A stretch of 64,000 bases of DNA from an uncultured delta proteobacterium (GCA_963776345.1 CAVZMH010000018.1:1-64000), one strand, 5' to 3'; counted from the stretch's first letter, positions 1 to 11,172 are shown. The notes: generated by a model from the letters alone, not told the origin. Numbers and translations are program-made.

Positions 1-220
1 CGCACGTAAACGGACTTGAGCACCCAGAGAACCGGCGCGGCGCGAGAGAAGGTCGGTCCAGACGTCGAAGTCCTCCGCTACCTGTTCGTCGGCATGAAGC
101 TGCTGCGCGCGGACCCGCGTGGCGCCGGGCGCGCGCGTCTTCGCGCGGGAGATCCGCCGCGATCTTCGCGACGTGGTCGCGCAGCGCGGTTGTCAATCGG
201 GCTCGGTCGTTCGGCTTCAT
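1..220 (-). CDS. pglX: BREX-2/Pgl adenine methyltransferase PglX, N-terminus (runs off window; indels)
   Basis: ATG at 220 overlaps the pglW stop (ATGA). Stitched translation MKPNDRARLTTAL...EDFDVWTDLLSRR..VLWVLKSVYVR resembles the PglX N-terminal WVL..VFVR segment; position after pglW fits BREX-2 order. Confidence 0.7.
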   Translation of the reverse strand, partial: MKPNDRARLTTALRDHVAKIAADLPREDARARRHAGPRAAASCRRTGSGGLRRLDRPSLAPRRFSGCSSPFTC

Positions 221-3200
221 GCGTGGCTCGGCCCGGACAGTGGGTTCAGAAGAGGCAGCGTTGCGCCCTCGAGGTGCCACATGGCTGGCCCCTGGTGAAG
301 CGCGGCTGGCGGTTGTCGATGACGCCGAGACCACGAGCACCCAGAAGCCGCGGCTTCCGGAGAGCGTCTCGTCGTACAGGCGGCGCGGAAGATCGAGGGC
401 CTCGCAGAGCCCGAAGAGTGACGTGTCGCCGAGCACGATGATGTTGCCGGGCTTTCCGTGCTCTTCGAGCAGCCGAAATAGCGTCGGCCTCGGCGGCCTC
501 GGTCAGGGCCTCGCGCTGGCCGACGGTGGTCCGCCCGCTCGGTGACGGGATCTTCTGCGGCATGTTCGGCGAAGAACGCGTCTCGAACGACACCCACTTG
601 CCGGCCGATCGCGGCAGCGACAGAGCGTGCCAGCTCGGGATGGCCCTCGGGAGGCGTGACCGAACATCCGGAAGCCACGCGAAGCCGAGGCGTCGCGAAG
701 CATGTCGCGCACGATTGCCTCGGGACTGCGCTATCGTCCGGACGGGTTCGGCGAGATCGTCCGCGGCCAGTGCCGGGGACGCGCAGATCGACCCGGACCG
801 CCCGGGGAGCACCATGTTGCCCTGCACGCGGCAATAAGGTCGCGCAGAATGGTCAGCAGATGGTCTCGATCTGGATATGGCGTGTGCAGACCGAAGACGC
901 GCCGGACCCGGCGATCCAGTCTTCGAGCGCGATGGGGTCCCGCGTCTGATCGATCACGAACGCAATGCTGTGCTTCGGATCCACCGGGCCAATGAAGAGG
1001 TGACCGGTCTCGGCGATTTCCACGTCCTCGCACAGGCGAACACCGAGGGCGAGCGGATCGCCGTCGAAGTGAGGCGGAAAGAACCGCCAACGTCCTTCGC
1101 GCAGTGTCGGGCTCCACCGGCGGCCACTGGCCAGCGAGGCGGACAACCTCCGCCGCGAAGGACTTCAGTGTCTCGCGATCGAAGATCGGCCGCGCGACGA
1201 GCGGCTGGTCGGCACCATCCACCTCGAACAGGTGGGCACGGCCCATGGAGACTCGCACCACGAGCCGCACGATGCCGGCGCCGCTCACGATGCCCGCGGG
1301 CCACTCGTCCTCGAATCGGGCGCCGATCTCGTCGAGTCGAACAATGCCGCCGAAGCCATCGAGCACCGCGTCGAGGGCAGCGTTCAGGTCGGCGAGGCTG
1401 GTGAGATCGAGGCGCTCGAGGCCCTTTGAAACATCAATGCTGACCTGCGGCTGGCTCTTTCCGAGATCGTCGGCGATCTGTCCCTGGGCCTCGGGTTCCC
1501 CGGTGATGCCAACGGAACGCTCGACGGCAATGCGCTGGGCATCGCTGAGGGGGCGCGAGGCCAGGTCCCAGATGCGATCGAGCGTGTGGGCGCCTTCGTC
1601 CTTGCCCGTGCTGTGCGCGCGGAACTGGTGGAGGGCCTCGACGACGTCGGCCAGCTTCTTCCTGCCGATCCCGGGCAGCCTGAAGAAGCTCGCTGCGAGT
1701 GAGCGATGCGACCGCTCCGACGGTCGGGAGATCAGCCTGAGCAAGTGCAGAGCGTAGCGCCTCGCTGAGCGGCAGCTTCTGCACCGGCTCCGGCGAATCG
1801 CAGAGGTCGGGCACCAGCGGAGGCTCTGCTCGCGTGGCTGTCGTGGCGACAGCCAAGACGCCCTGACCCAGCAGCGTTTCCTGGAACGCGACGATGTCGT
1901 TCGCCGTCTTGGTGCCGATCGCGTGGATGGCGCGAACTTGCGCGGGAGGGGGGAGAGCAAGGAGCTCTCCCACGGTGTGGATCTGGCACCGCGCGAGCGC
2001 GTTGATGGCCCGCCGCGACAGGCCCGTGATTCGAAGCGGCGTCGTCGCGTCGAGCCTTGCCGACGGTGGAACGGAGGGCGTTGTGACGACGTCCTCGCCG
2101 AGCGCGACCAGCAGCGCGTCGCGCATGGCCCGCGCGGAGGGGAAGCGCTTCTCCGGAGTGGGATCGAGCGCCTTTCGGAAGAACGCGCACAGTCCGGAGG
2201 GCTGGATGTCTTCGTCGCGGACGGCGGGCGCTTGGCCTGGCTCGGGAACCCGACCCTCGAATGCGTGGCGGCCGGCGTAGAGCTCGAACAGGCAAAGTGC
2301 GGCGGCGAAGCGGTCCGTTTGATGCGTCCAGCGCGCGCTCGTCGGGTCGCGGTAGAGAGCGGTTCCGCCATACGGTGCGTCCTCGGGCATCGCCGCGAGG
2401 CTGAAGTCGATGATGGTCAGCCTGCCGTCGAACACGAGCAGGTTCTCTGGCTTGAGGTCCTTGTGGGTGACCGACTTCTGCTCGAGGTACTCAAGTCCGG
2501 CCAGCAGGTCCTCCGCGAGGCGCCTCTGGGCGGTGGGCTCTGGTGACGGGTGCCGAGCCATCCACTGGCGGAGCGTTTCGCCACCCACGCGTTCCATGAC
2601 GAGCGTGAGTCGCCCCTCGACCATCTTGGTCAGGTCGATGACGCGCACGACGTTGGGATGATCCAGGCCAGACAGCACCTGGTACTCACCACGCAGGGCG
2701 TCGTCGGCGGCGTCTTCGGTGCGTGCGATCTTGAGCGCGCGCGTGCGGCCGCTCACCAGGTGGCGCGCGGCGTAGACGACAGCCATCCCGCCTTGCCCGA
2801 GCCGCGACACGATCTCGTAGTCCGTGCCGACGCGGGTGCCTGGCTGGAGGTTGTCGGCGTCGAGAGGAACGCGACCGACGTTCGGGAAAGCTCCCTGCGT
2901 CTGGGGGTCGGATCCCGCCCTACGCGCACCGCCTCGATGGCTTCACCGACAGACGGGAAACGATTGGTTGCCCGCAGCTCGACCATCCGGGCCACGGCTT
3001 CGTCGAGGCTCAGCGGAATCGCTGAGCGATGTCGCGCACGCGCCGCATCAGCCGGCGGGCGGACATGAGCTGGCGGGTGTTCTCGAAGAGCGGCTTGCCG
3101 GTGAGCAGCACCGCAAGGATCGCACCGAGACTGAACTGGTCAGAGGCCGGCTCCGCACTGCTGAAGGCCGTGACGACTTCGGGCGCGGCATAGATGAGTC

Positions 3201-4306
3201 TGTCGTCGGCCACGCTGGTGAGCGAGATGGTGGCGTCGGCGGTCAACTGCTTCGCGAGGTCGAAGCCTGTCACTCGAATCTGCGTCGGGTCCTGCTTGTC
3301 CTCGACGAGGATGACGTCTGGCCTGAGGAGGCGATGCACGACACCTTGCCGGTGTGCTCGTGGATGGTCTGCGCGATCGAATCCAGAGGTCGGTTCGGAT
3401 TCGCAGATCGGCCTTCTCTTTGCCGCGAGCGTCGGGACCGTAGCGATCGACCCAGGTCGTGAGCGTGACGCCCTTGAAGTACTCGAGGGGCAGGACGATG
3501 CCTGCTTCGTCCGAGAACGGCGGGTCAGCGCTGAGGATGCCGTCGCTGCACCCAGTCGGCCAAGCACCTGTGCCTCCCACCGGGCACGTTCCGCGACGCG
3601 ATCGCGCTGCGCATCGGTCGCGAGCGGTGGAACGCTGTAGATCCGGGAGGACGCGCTCAGCCCCGGAGAGTGTGTTTCGCCCGAGCAACTCGGTGAACGT
3701 GTCGTGGTAATCGAGTCTCTTCGACAATCTCGTACTCGCGCACGCGGCGGACCGGCTTCGGTCCACCCTGCGCGCCGGTGAAGAGCTCGAGCAGCTCGCG
3801 CTGAGCCGCAAGAAGCAGGAGTTGTCGATCTACCCTGGCTCAGACGTTCGACGAGCGCTGGGTCTTGAAGCGCGGCGAGGTAGCAGGCCTCGGTGTTGAA
3901 CGCGGTCGGTGCTCGCGGGGCCACGAACGCCCACGTCGGTCGTTGCAGACAGGAAGACGAGCCCCTCGGTCCACACCTGCCCGGCCTCGATCCTGGCATG
4001 CCGGAGGTGTGTCTTGAGCACCTGCGCGGTGACGCGGTTGAGCTTCAGGGGGCTACGATCTCTCCGGGAGCCACCAATCGTTGTCCGTGCCCTCGATGCG
4101 CCCGCGGTAGGATTTAATCTCGACGACGAAGATGGCGTGAGGCGCGACGACGACCGCGTCCAATTCGAAGACGCCGCCGCTCGCTCGACGAGCCAAGCAT
4201 TGCCGTAGACCGTGTAGGTCGACGGCAGTCCTGCCACAAGGAAGCGGAGCGCCTGTCTCTCCGCGTCGTGCGCGGGCTCGCCGATGGGGATGAACTGGGC
4301 GGCCAT
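217..4306 (-). CDS. pglW: PglW-like protein: NERD + degenerate kinase + Ser/Thr kinase + two RNAP alpha-CTD-like repeats + HTH (many frameshifts)
   Basis: Stitched from ORFs 3830-5092, 3010-3999, 1434-2810, 731-2371, 853-1146, 217-834. Start MAAQFIPIGEPAHDAERQALRFL; kinase 1 HRLLRP/GFDLAK; kinase 2 GQGGMAVVY, HKDLKPEN, DFSLA; LSRRAINAL..IGTKT and LPGIGRKK. Confidence 0.85.
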
Positions 4307-4308
4307 GG

Positions 4309-5035
4309 TTACACCAGCAGGACCTTCGCCGTCGGGAACCAAATCGCGAGTTGGTTCTCGATGCGGAAAGAGGCCGCCCTTGTCGGGATGGAGTCCTATG
4401 ACGAAGTCGAAGGTTCTCTGGCGAAGCGGGTGGTCTGCCTTTCGGAGGTCTTCGAGTTCGACTCTAGTCGCAAAATCAGAGTGGGGCGCACCCATCTCAA
4501 GAGCGATCACGCCAGCGAGGGTGAGTTCCTGCCAGGAGCTGCACGCGATCGTGAAGTTGTCGTGAAGAGTGAGGTCGCGCTGCGCCGACACGAGGTGATG
4601 GGCGAGCTGCCCACCGGTGCCCGGCGGCTCCAAGACCTTCTGGTGGGGCTTCACGACATGCAGCTCGGAACGCGCAGATCCGCGTCGGCAGCCCGAGGAA
4701 TCGGGACTGCTCGGCGATGTAGTAGAACCGGGCCAGCGAGCGGGGCTGACCCCAACATCTTTAATCCACGAGTCAGCTGACGACTCGGGCAGGCGCTCTG
4801 GAAAAATGAGGCCGCCGAGCGTGGCCGGATCAAAGGGAACACGATGGATGACGGCGGCGTCCTCGAAGAGCAGCGCCACGAAGTCGGCGCTATTGAGGCG
4901 GCCGCGGAAGCGGCTCCACGTGTCCAGCTTGGGCTCGGTGATGCGCTGGGTGCGTCGTCCGGCAGGTTCATCGCGCGCCAGCGCGTGGAGAAGCGCCACC
5001 GCCCAGATTCCGGTTGGGCGCTGGTCGTCGGTCAG
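4309..5035 (-). CDS. Hypothetical protein upstream of pglW, possible degenerate SAM-binding fold (frameshifted, start approximate)
   Basis: TDDQRPTGIWAVALLHALAR...KVLEPPGTGGQLAHHLV...TFDFVIGLHP...AKVLLV*; TAA at 4309-4311, 2 nt before the pglW ATG. Confidence 0.65.
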
Positions 5036-5270
5036 CGCTCGACGTCCAACGTTGGCGTCGGCGATTCGCCTCATACGTGGACGCGCCCTCATACCCGCCG
5101 GCCCTCACCCACTCGTCGACCTCGGAGAGCTTGAATTTCCAGAGACGGCCAACCCTGTGAGCTGGAAGGCTCCGGCGCTCAATCCAGCGATGAACCGAAT
5201 CCTTGGCGTCGCCGAGGTCTCTGGCGACCTCGTCGACGGCGGCCCAAGGCTCGACTGTGCTCATGTGCAT
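5032..5270 (-). CDS. Excisionase-family helix-turn-helix DNA-binding protein
   Basis: MSTVEPWAAVDEVARDLGDAKDSVHRWIERRSLPAHRVGRLWKFKLSEVDEWV; 3' end uncertain because of an indel. Confidence 0.85.
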
Positions 5271-5739
5271 CCCCCTGAACGCCACGCCTGCTACTCGTGA
5301 GGAGTTGGGCACGGAGTCTGCCAACAGAACCTGACGCAAGTCGAAGAGAGTCGGTGTCAGCAAGGGGCGCACAAGGTTGCCAGCGGGCCACAGCACGGCT
5401 GCCAGCGCACCCATCAGACTAGACGGCGAGCCGAGGCTCGGGCGATCAGATGCCGTCCAAACCCAGTAGCCATCGGATGCAGCTGCGAGTCGGAGCCTGT
5501 GCGCCGGTCTTCGCCGTCTCTGCTCGCGGGACCGCCACAGCCCAGGGCACCCATCGGGTGTTGATAGAGCCGGCGGCGCTCTGAGGCCGTCGAGCTAGCC
5601 TATCTCGCCCCCGACATAATCCCCGTTCCTTGGACAGAAGACACAATAGAGGCTCGGAGGTTGGCCGGCAGAATGGCCGGAACCCCTCCGAACGACTCCG
5701 TTGAGGACTGGAGTTTCCTCAGCCTTAACCGCGGAACTC

Positions 5740-5960
5740 CTGGTCGCTCGGGGACTTCCGCGAGGGCGAGCTCCTGGCCGTCAACCACGGCGGGGACTCC
5801 GACAGCACCGGCTCCATCGCCGGGAATCTACTTCGGCCTGGTGCACGGGAAGAGCGGCATCCCGGCGGACTGGCTGGAGCACCTGGAGCTCCGCGATGTC
5901 ATCGAACGCGTGGGGAATGACCTACTGGGCGGGGCGCTTTTTGGGGCGGGAGGAGTCTAA
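5740..5960 (+). pseudogene. C-terminal fragment of ADP-ribosylglycohydrolase
   Basis: [18 protein letters not shown], then after a shift [24 protein letters not shown]; no N-terminal part upstream. Confidence 0.8.
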
Positions 5961-6244
5961 ACCCTGTCGCGACCAGGGCGACTACCCGCCGTGGTGAGGG
6001 GAGCGAGAGGCGCGAGGGAGAAGCTGCCGGAGGGGACGCGGGTCGAGGGTGCCGAGGTGCCCGAGGCGAGGGGGGCCGAGGGGTGCGGTGAGATGTTGGG
6101 GACCTCAGAGAAACCCGAATCTGAGAGAAAAGTGAGAGCCCGACGCGACCGAATCCCTGACGTCCTTAACCACTTATCTATCTCTCTCTCTTTCTATCTA
6201 AACTCTCAAGAAGAAGGAGCGTAGTAGAGGAGTAGTGTTGTGGC

Positions 6245-6598
6245 ATGTGTTTTAGGTCATGGGACCCCCACTCCGCAATCTACAAACCGGAGAGCGCCGT
6301 CGTTCGGGCAAGCGGAAGAAGCACGGTCGACTGCCCCAGGGCCCGTCACTGCTGTATCTGTTGCGTCTGCTGTCTCGCGGCTCGTCCGACCCGCGCTCTC
6401 CATCGAGCAGCGGACCTCGGTCGTCTCAAGCTTAACGCCGGGTGCCCTTTGAGATGCGTGCCGAAGAAACTGATCGCCGCGCTCGACCGCTGCGCCGACG
6501 AACGCCACCATTCGAGGAACCTCGCTATCGCGCACCTACTCGACTGGGCGCTCGTTCCAGCTCCTGCACACGCCGCGACCCGTTCCCCATCCCTTTGA
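6245..6598 (+). CDS. Putative ribbon-helix-helix (Arc/CopG-like) regulator, start uncertain
   Basis: C-terminal PLRCVPKKLIAALDRCADERHHSRNLAIAHLLDWAL fits the RHH pattern. Confidence 0.5.
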   Translation: MCFRSWDPHSAIYKPESAVVRASGRSTVDCPRARHCCICCVCCLAARPTRALHRAADLGRLKLNAGCPLRCVPKKLIAALDRCADERHHSRNLAIAHLLDWALVPAPAHAATRSPSL

Positions 6599-6601
6599 TG
6601 C

Positions 6602-7167
6602 TCACTGGAGCCGCGCTTTCTTCCGCTTGCCGGTGGGTCTGTACCGTCCCTCGTCGAGGTAGCCGACGGCAGGTCGGTCGAGCGCATCGCGGGCAGACTC
6701 CGGGGTCAGGACCACGACCATCGACCCTAGTGTCCACTCTTCGCATCACCCCGAGGTCACGAACGGCACCCGCTTCTCGATGATGTGGATGCTGGCAGCG
6801 TGACGGAACGTCGGGCGGTCGGCGGTAGACATCCGGGATATCGGCATGAGCACCACGACCGTGACGCCTTCTTTCCTCGCGGCGAGCACGGCTCTCGCGA
6901 GAAACTTCCAGCAGCAGGTGGGTGAGGCGGGTTGAGGAACACGCGGCCTTCCCCGTCACTGCGCTGCCGCCAGGAGGTCGCCAGGCTGAGCGCATCCTTC
7001 CGCTCGTCGATGTAGAGCGGCGCGAGGTGGTTCGCTTCGCTCGACGCGGCATCGACGTGGAACAGTACGAACCTCTCGGACAGGAGCGCGAAGAGCCACG
7101 GCGGGGTCTGCCAGTCGTCTTTCCCCGTGCTGAGCACCGCATAGAGGATGTCGGTCGTGGCGGTCGT
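6602..7167 (-). CDS. Phage-type DNA N6-adenine methyltransferase (Dam family), frameshifted
   Basis: STGKDDWQTPPWLF, HVDAASS, VFLNPP, VVVLMP; C-terminal SMVVVLTP...KKARLQ* ends at 6602. Confidence 0.8.
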
Positions 7168-7371
7168 AGCCGAGCCCCTTGAGCAGCAAGGCGTGCTGCT
7201 CGTCGGACCCGTGGGCGAGTTCGGAGCACCCGCTCTAGCTCATCCATCGTCGCGTGAGGATGGCGGTCGGGTGTCCGGCTGCATCCGTGGTCCGAGGAAG
7301 CCAGCGGCAACGAGCGCGGCGTAGACCATCTTGGCGCGAGCGGTCTCGATACTGGTGACGTTGGCGCTCAT
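7140..7371 (-). CDS. Small hypothetical protein (frameshifted; end approximate)
   Basis: GGAGG RBS, then MSANVTSIETARAKMVYAALVAAG; ATG overlaps the upstream stop. Confidence 0.4.
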
Positions 7372-7700
7372 GTCCACGCCTCCGCCAGCACCGCGCACTG
7401 GTCGCCGCGGCGCGCGACGTTCTTCGGACGCTTTCCGGGCGGCATGGGCGGCGTGAACCGGGGGTTCCACTCCTTGCACAAGGCGCGATACTCGGGCGTG
7501 CCTGGCACGTGGACCCTCTGGCTCATCGGGTCGGTCTGCTTGACCGCCTGGTAGGCGCGGTCAGCGTTGAAGTAGCCGCGGAGGTGGATACAAGGGGTCG
7601 CCCGCGTGCTTCGCGGCTGCCCATGCCTTCGCCGCAGCGGCGAACTCCAAATCGGCGGGGGTGGGTTCTCGGGGGGCTTCTTCGTCTTTCGGGTGGTCAT
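7368..7700 (-). CDS. Hypothetical protein
   Basis: 110-aa ORF with AGAGGAAA upstream of the ATG; no recognisable motif. Confidence 0.5.
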   Translation of the reverse strand: MTTRKTKKPPENPPPPIWSSPLRRRHGQPRSTRATPCIHLRGYFNADRAYQAVKQTDPMSQRVHVPGTPEYRALCKEWNPRFTPPMPPGKRPKNVARRGDQCAVLAEAWT

Positions 7701-7825
7701 GGTCTGTTTCCTCTATTTTCGGGATCGATGCTCTGCCTTCGACTGGATACTCCCAGGCTTCTCGATCAGCGAAATCCGAGCTGGCGCGGTTCTTCCGCCA
7801 ACCCCGGATTCGCCTGTGAGTGCCT

Positions 7826-10076
7826 TTAGTTACGAAAACGGGACACGCCCGGGAGCGTTGGGCCCGTCAGTGCGGCTGCCGCTGACTTCGGCTGCTTCCG
7901 CGCACGGACGCGGGCCTTCCAGACGTTGCCCCGAGTCGAGCGGTAGATGAGATCGACCCCACCGACGTGCGATCCGAGCTTCGTCTTGAGTTCCTTCCGG
8001 AACTGGGCCTTGGTCGACAATCAGCAGCCCCCTGTTCGTCCTGTGCTTCCTTGTAGACGGCGTAGAGGTCATCAACCGCCAGCCCTTCACCGGGTGCCGT
8101 TGCGTCGGGGTTCGGTTCGAGTTCCTGGTCTTCGAGCCATTCCTCGACGGACGACTTCGCCCGCCAGCCTTCCTGTCGTTTCGCCAGTTCCTCTAGGTGC
8201 GGCTTAATCGGCGGAGCGTCACCGGTGTCATCGACGCTCTTCCAGATGGAGAGCATGTCCATCGCGTTGATCGCGTCCCAGTCAGTTCGTTGCAGCGTGG
8301 TGATCTGGTAGAAGCGCCGAGCGCTCGTCGGGTCTTTCGAGATAGTGATGTCGCGGTTCGAGGCACCAACGAAGGTCGCTCGGTTCGGTCCGCTGGCACG
8401 GTGGTTCGTGTGGAGCATTCGCCATTCGACCTTAGGTGCCGTAATCGCGTGCTTCACCGCCTCGACGCACGTGCGCTCAGCGGAAGCCATCTCGTCAAAG
8501 AAGAAGACGTAGCTTTCGCGGAGGCGGAACTTCTCGCGGTCGTCCTGCAGCATCGCCACCGAACCAGGCTCGGCGGTGATCGGCTCGACGGGCTTGAGGA
8601 ACTTGTGCAGTGCCTCCGACTTGCCTGATCCCGTCTTGCCAACCGCGACGACCATGAGGTGGAAAGTCACGGGGAGATCGTGCAACTTCGCGTTTGACCT
8701 GCCAGACGAGATGTTCGATCGACGCTACGTCTACAGGGTCTTCCTTCCCGGTCAGGGCCCGGACGAACTTCGCAGCGGGACGCATCGCCGCGTGAACAGG
8801 TTCCGTAGGCGACGAGCTTCCTCGCTTCCTCCCTCCCTCCCTCTTCCTGCTCAGCCCTTCCAAATCCCGAGAGCATCTTGTCGCCGTCCGTCGGGGATGC
8901 CAGTCGTCGCGTTGTCGCTGCCGATGCGCAGCCGGTAGATGACCTGATCCGCCTCGAACTGCTTCCCATAGCGGAGGTAGGTCCCCGGAGAGACCAAACG
9001 TAGCCGTTGCGCTCCATCCATTCGCGGACGTAGCGCACCGGCTCGTTCCAGCCCCAGAACGCATCGAGGTTCTCAGCGAGAGCCGACTCGACCCGGTGAA
9101 GCATGTCTTCGCTGATCGCGTCGCCCTTGCGGAGAGCCAATCTCCATTTCCGGTAGCTCGTCTTACTGCCGAACCGGGCGGCGACCCAGACGACCCCGCG
9201 CTCGATGGCTTTCTGGTCGTCAGCCGACTCTTTGGGTCGCCGGCAGATCCTCGGGGAACACCGGGGCAGCGGTCCGCATGTATTCGTTCAGCGCGCCGCG
9301 CCGCTCGTAGTCGGGCATGCTCGCGAGCCAGTCGTCGCGACCGACCTTCTCGTAGCCGTCGCATGGCACGTATCCGATGCGGAGGCTCTTCCCCTTGTCG
9401 AGGAGCATCCTCGCCAGGCTCACCGCCGGCTGGAACGACCTGCGGCTTCGCCCCGAGCATGTCCGGGGAGTCGAACCCGATCACGACCCGGGTCGCTGGC
9501 TTCACCTCGTCGGCTAGGGCGGGGTCCGGATCCATACGAGCGAGTCCCTTCGCCTCCGCTGCCTTCTTCGCCTCGACGTTGTCGGCGGTTGCCACGCCAG
9601 GCACGCCAATCGCATAGACACCGTAGGCAGCAGCGCTCGCTGCCTTTAGTTCGCCTTCGACGATCAGCATCGTGTCGGGGCAGAGGGTCTCGACCAGCGG
9701 ACGAGGCACGTAGGGGCGGGTCTTCACCCCCCACGGGTCCTGCGTACTTCATGCCGGTCTCGGGCACCCAGTCCGAATCCCTCGACGAAGCCACATGTTG
9801 ATCGTCTTGGCCGCCGGTTTCTGCCCCGGCTTCGGCGGCGGGGTATAGGCGGATCTTCCTGTACTCGCCTGGGTCTTGTAGAAATCGTGGGGATCGACGA
9901 GGCCCGAGGCATCGCGCGGGCTGTCGTGCGTTTCCAGCGAGCGGCGCAGGCCCTGCCACCGTCGTCAACCGAGAAAAAGCCAAGCGCGTCGATCGCCGAC
10001 TCGGGCAGGCCGCAACCTCGCAGCTTGTCACGATGGCGTTCTCACAAGTTGCCCTCGAACGTACTCGTTTTTGCAT
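7826..10076 (-). CDS. Primase-helicase fusion (DUF3854/Toprim-like + VapE-like P-loop ATPase), multiple frameshifts
   Basis: IVEGELKAASA..AIGVPGV and VIGFDSPD (Toprim); GKTGSGKS, FFFDEM, FVGASN, TSARRF (SF3-like helicase). Confidence 0.8.
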
Positions 10077-10291
10077 GGTTGAGGTGGGCGGCGGGAATAG
10101 TGGTGTTTGGGGTTTTCATACCCCTGCTACACCCCAGAAACTCACGTGGCCCTCAAAGGATCCCGTCAGAGACTGTCAGGTGCCGTAGGGGTCCATTCCG
10201 CTACAGGGTCATCCCGCACCCATCTTTTGCGTGCGCAGACACTTCTGTACTGTGTTTCGTACATTCACCCACACAAACACAAAGGAGAGCA

Positions 10292-11172
10292 ATGACCCGG
10301 CTACTGTCCAACCCGTTCCATCCGAAGGTCGAAGGTCTCTGCGAACGCTTCGCCCAAGCCCAACGGCAATGCCAGGAGCGTCCGCCCGCGGAGTTGCGAG
10401 ACGGAATTCGTGCGGTTGCTCGTGGAGGCCGAAACCTCGGCCTGGCCGCACCGGACGTTCTCTGGGCGCTGGGTGGTCAACGACCACCTCGGAGACTTCC
10501 CTGCCGCCCTTGCTTGGTGTCGCCGCGCTCTCGACTCGACCCGTTGAGCCCGTCCTACAGGCGGTCCTGGTCGATCATCGTCCGCCGCGTGCGGAGGCCA
10601 TCCTCGATGAGTCCCGCCCACTGGACGACCCTGAAGTGCTGACGCTGTGCCGTCTATTGGCCAGCAATGGTGCTGCCGACGAAGCGGTCCATGCTCGCCA
10701 CGCCCGCTTTCTCGTGGCTGCAGGGAACCTTTCCGAGGCGCGAGCCGTCCTTGAGGCCGTCCTGAAGCTGTCCCCGGGCTCGCCAGAGGCCTTGGCCGTG
10801 CTCGCGGAGATTGCAGCCGCCACTGACGATGATGACCTTGCGGGGCGTGTCAGGGCCGCCGCGATGAGGTCCGGCCCAGCTCGAACTGCCGCTCGCCTCG
10901 ACCCAGCCGGAGGCCCAAGCGTAGGGGTGGCTTCTCCTCGTAGGGCAGGGCGTCAGGGCCGCTCCAAGCCGAATCCATACAGCCCCCTGGGTTCCCCCGG
11001 GTGCGACGGCGTTCGCCGTTCCTGCGCCAAATGCGGCGATCTGGAGGGCATTCGTGTCCGCAGGCGGCCCTTCCGGGCGCAATACAGGGCCCGTTTAGGC
11101 GAGGCGGCCCATTGGGCGGTTACTGGCGGAGGAATGCCTCTTCAAGATAAGAAACAGGTGTCTTCGCTCTAG
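10292..11172 (+). CDS. TPR-like repeat protein (frameshifted, true end uncertain)
   Basis: AAGGAG RBS before ATG 10292; ARFLVAAGNLSEARAVLEAVLKLSPGSPEALAVLAEI is TPR-like. Confidence 0.55.

Noticed and set aside
217..5270. MADS defence system (HTH plus NERD kinase)
   Set aside because: Gene order, alpha-CTD repeats and the PglX-like downstream start fit BREX-2 better.
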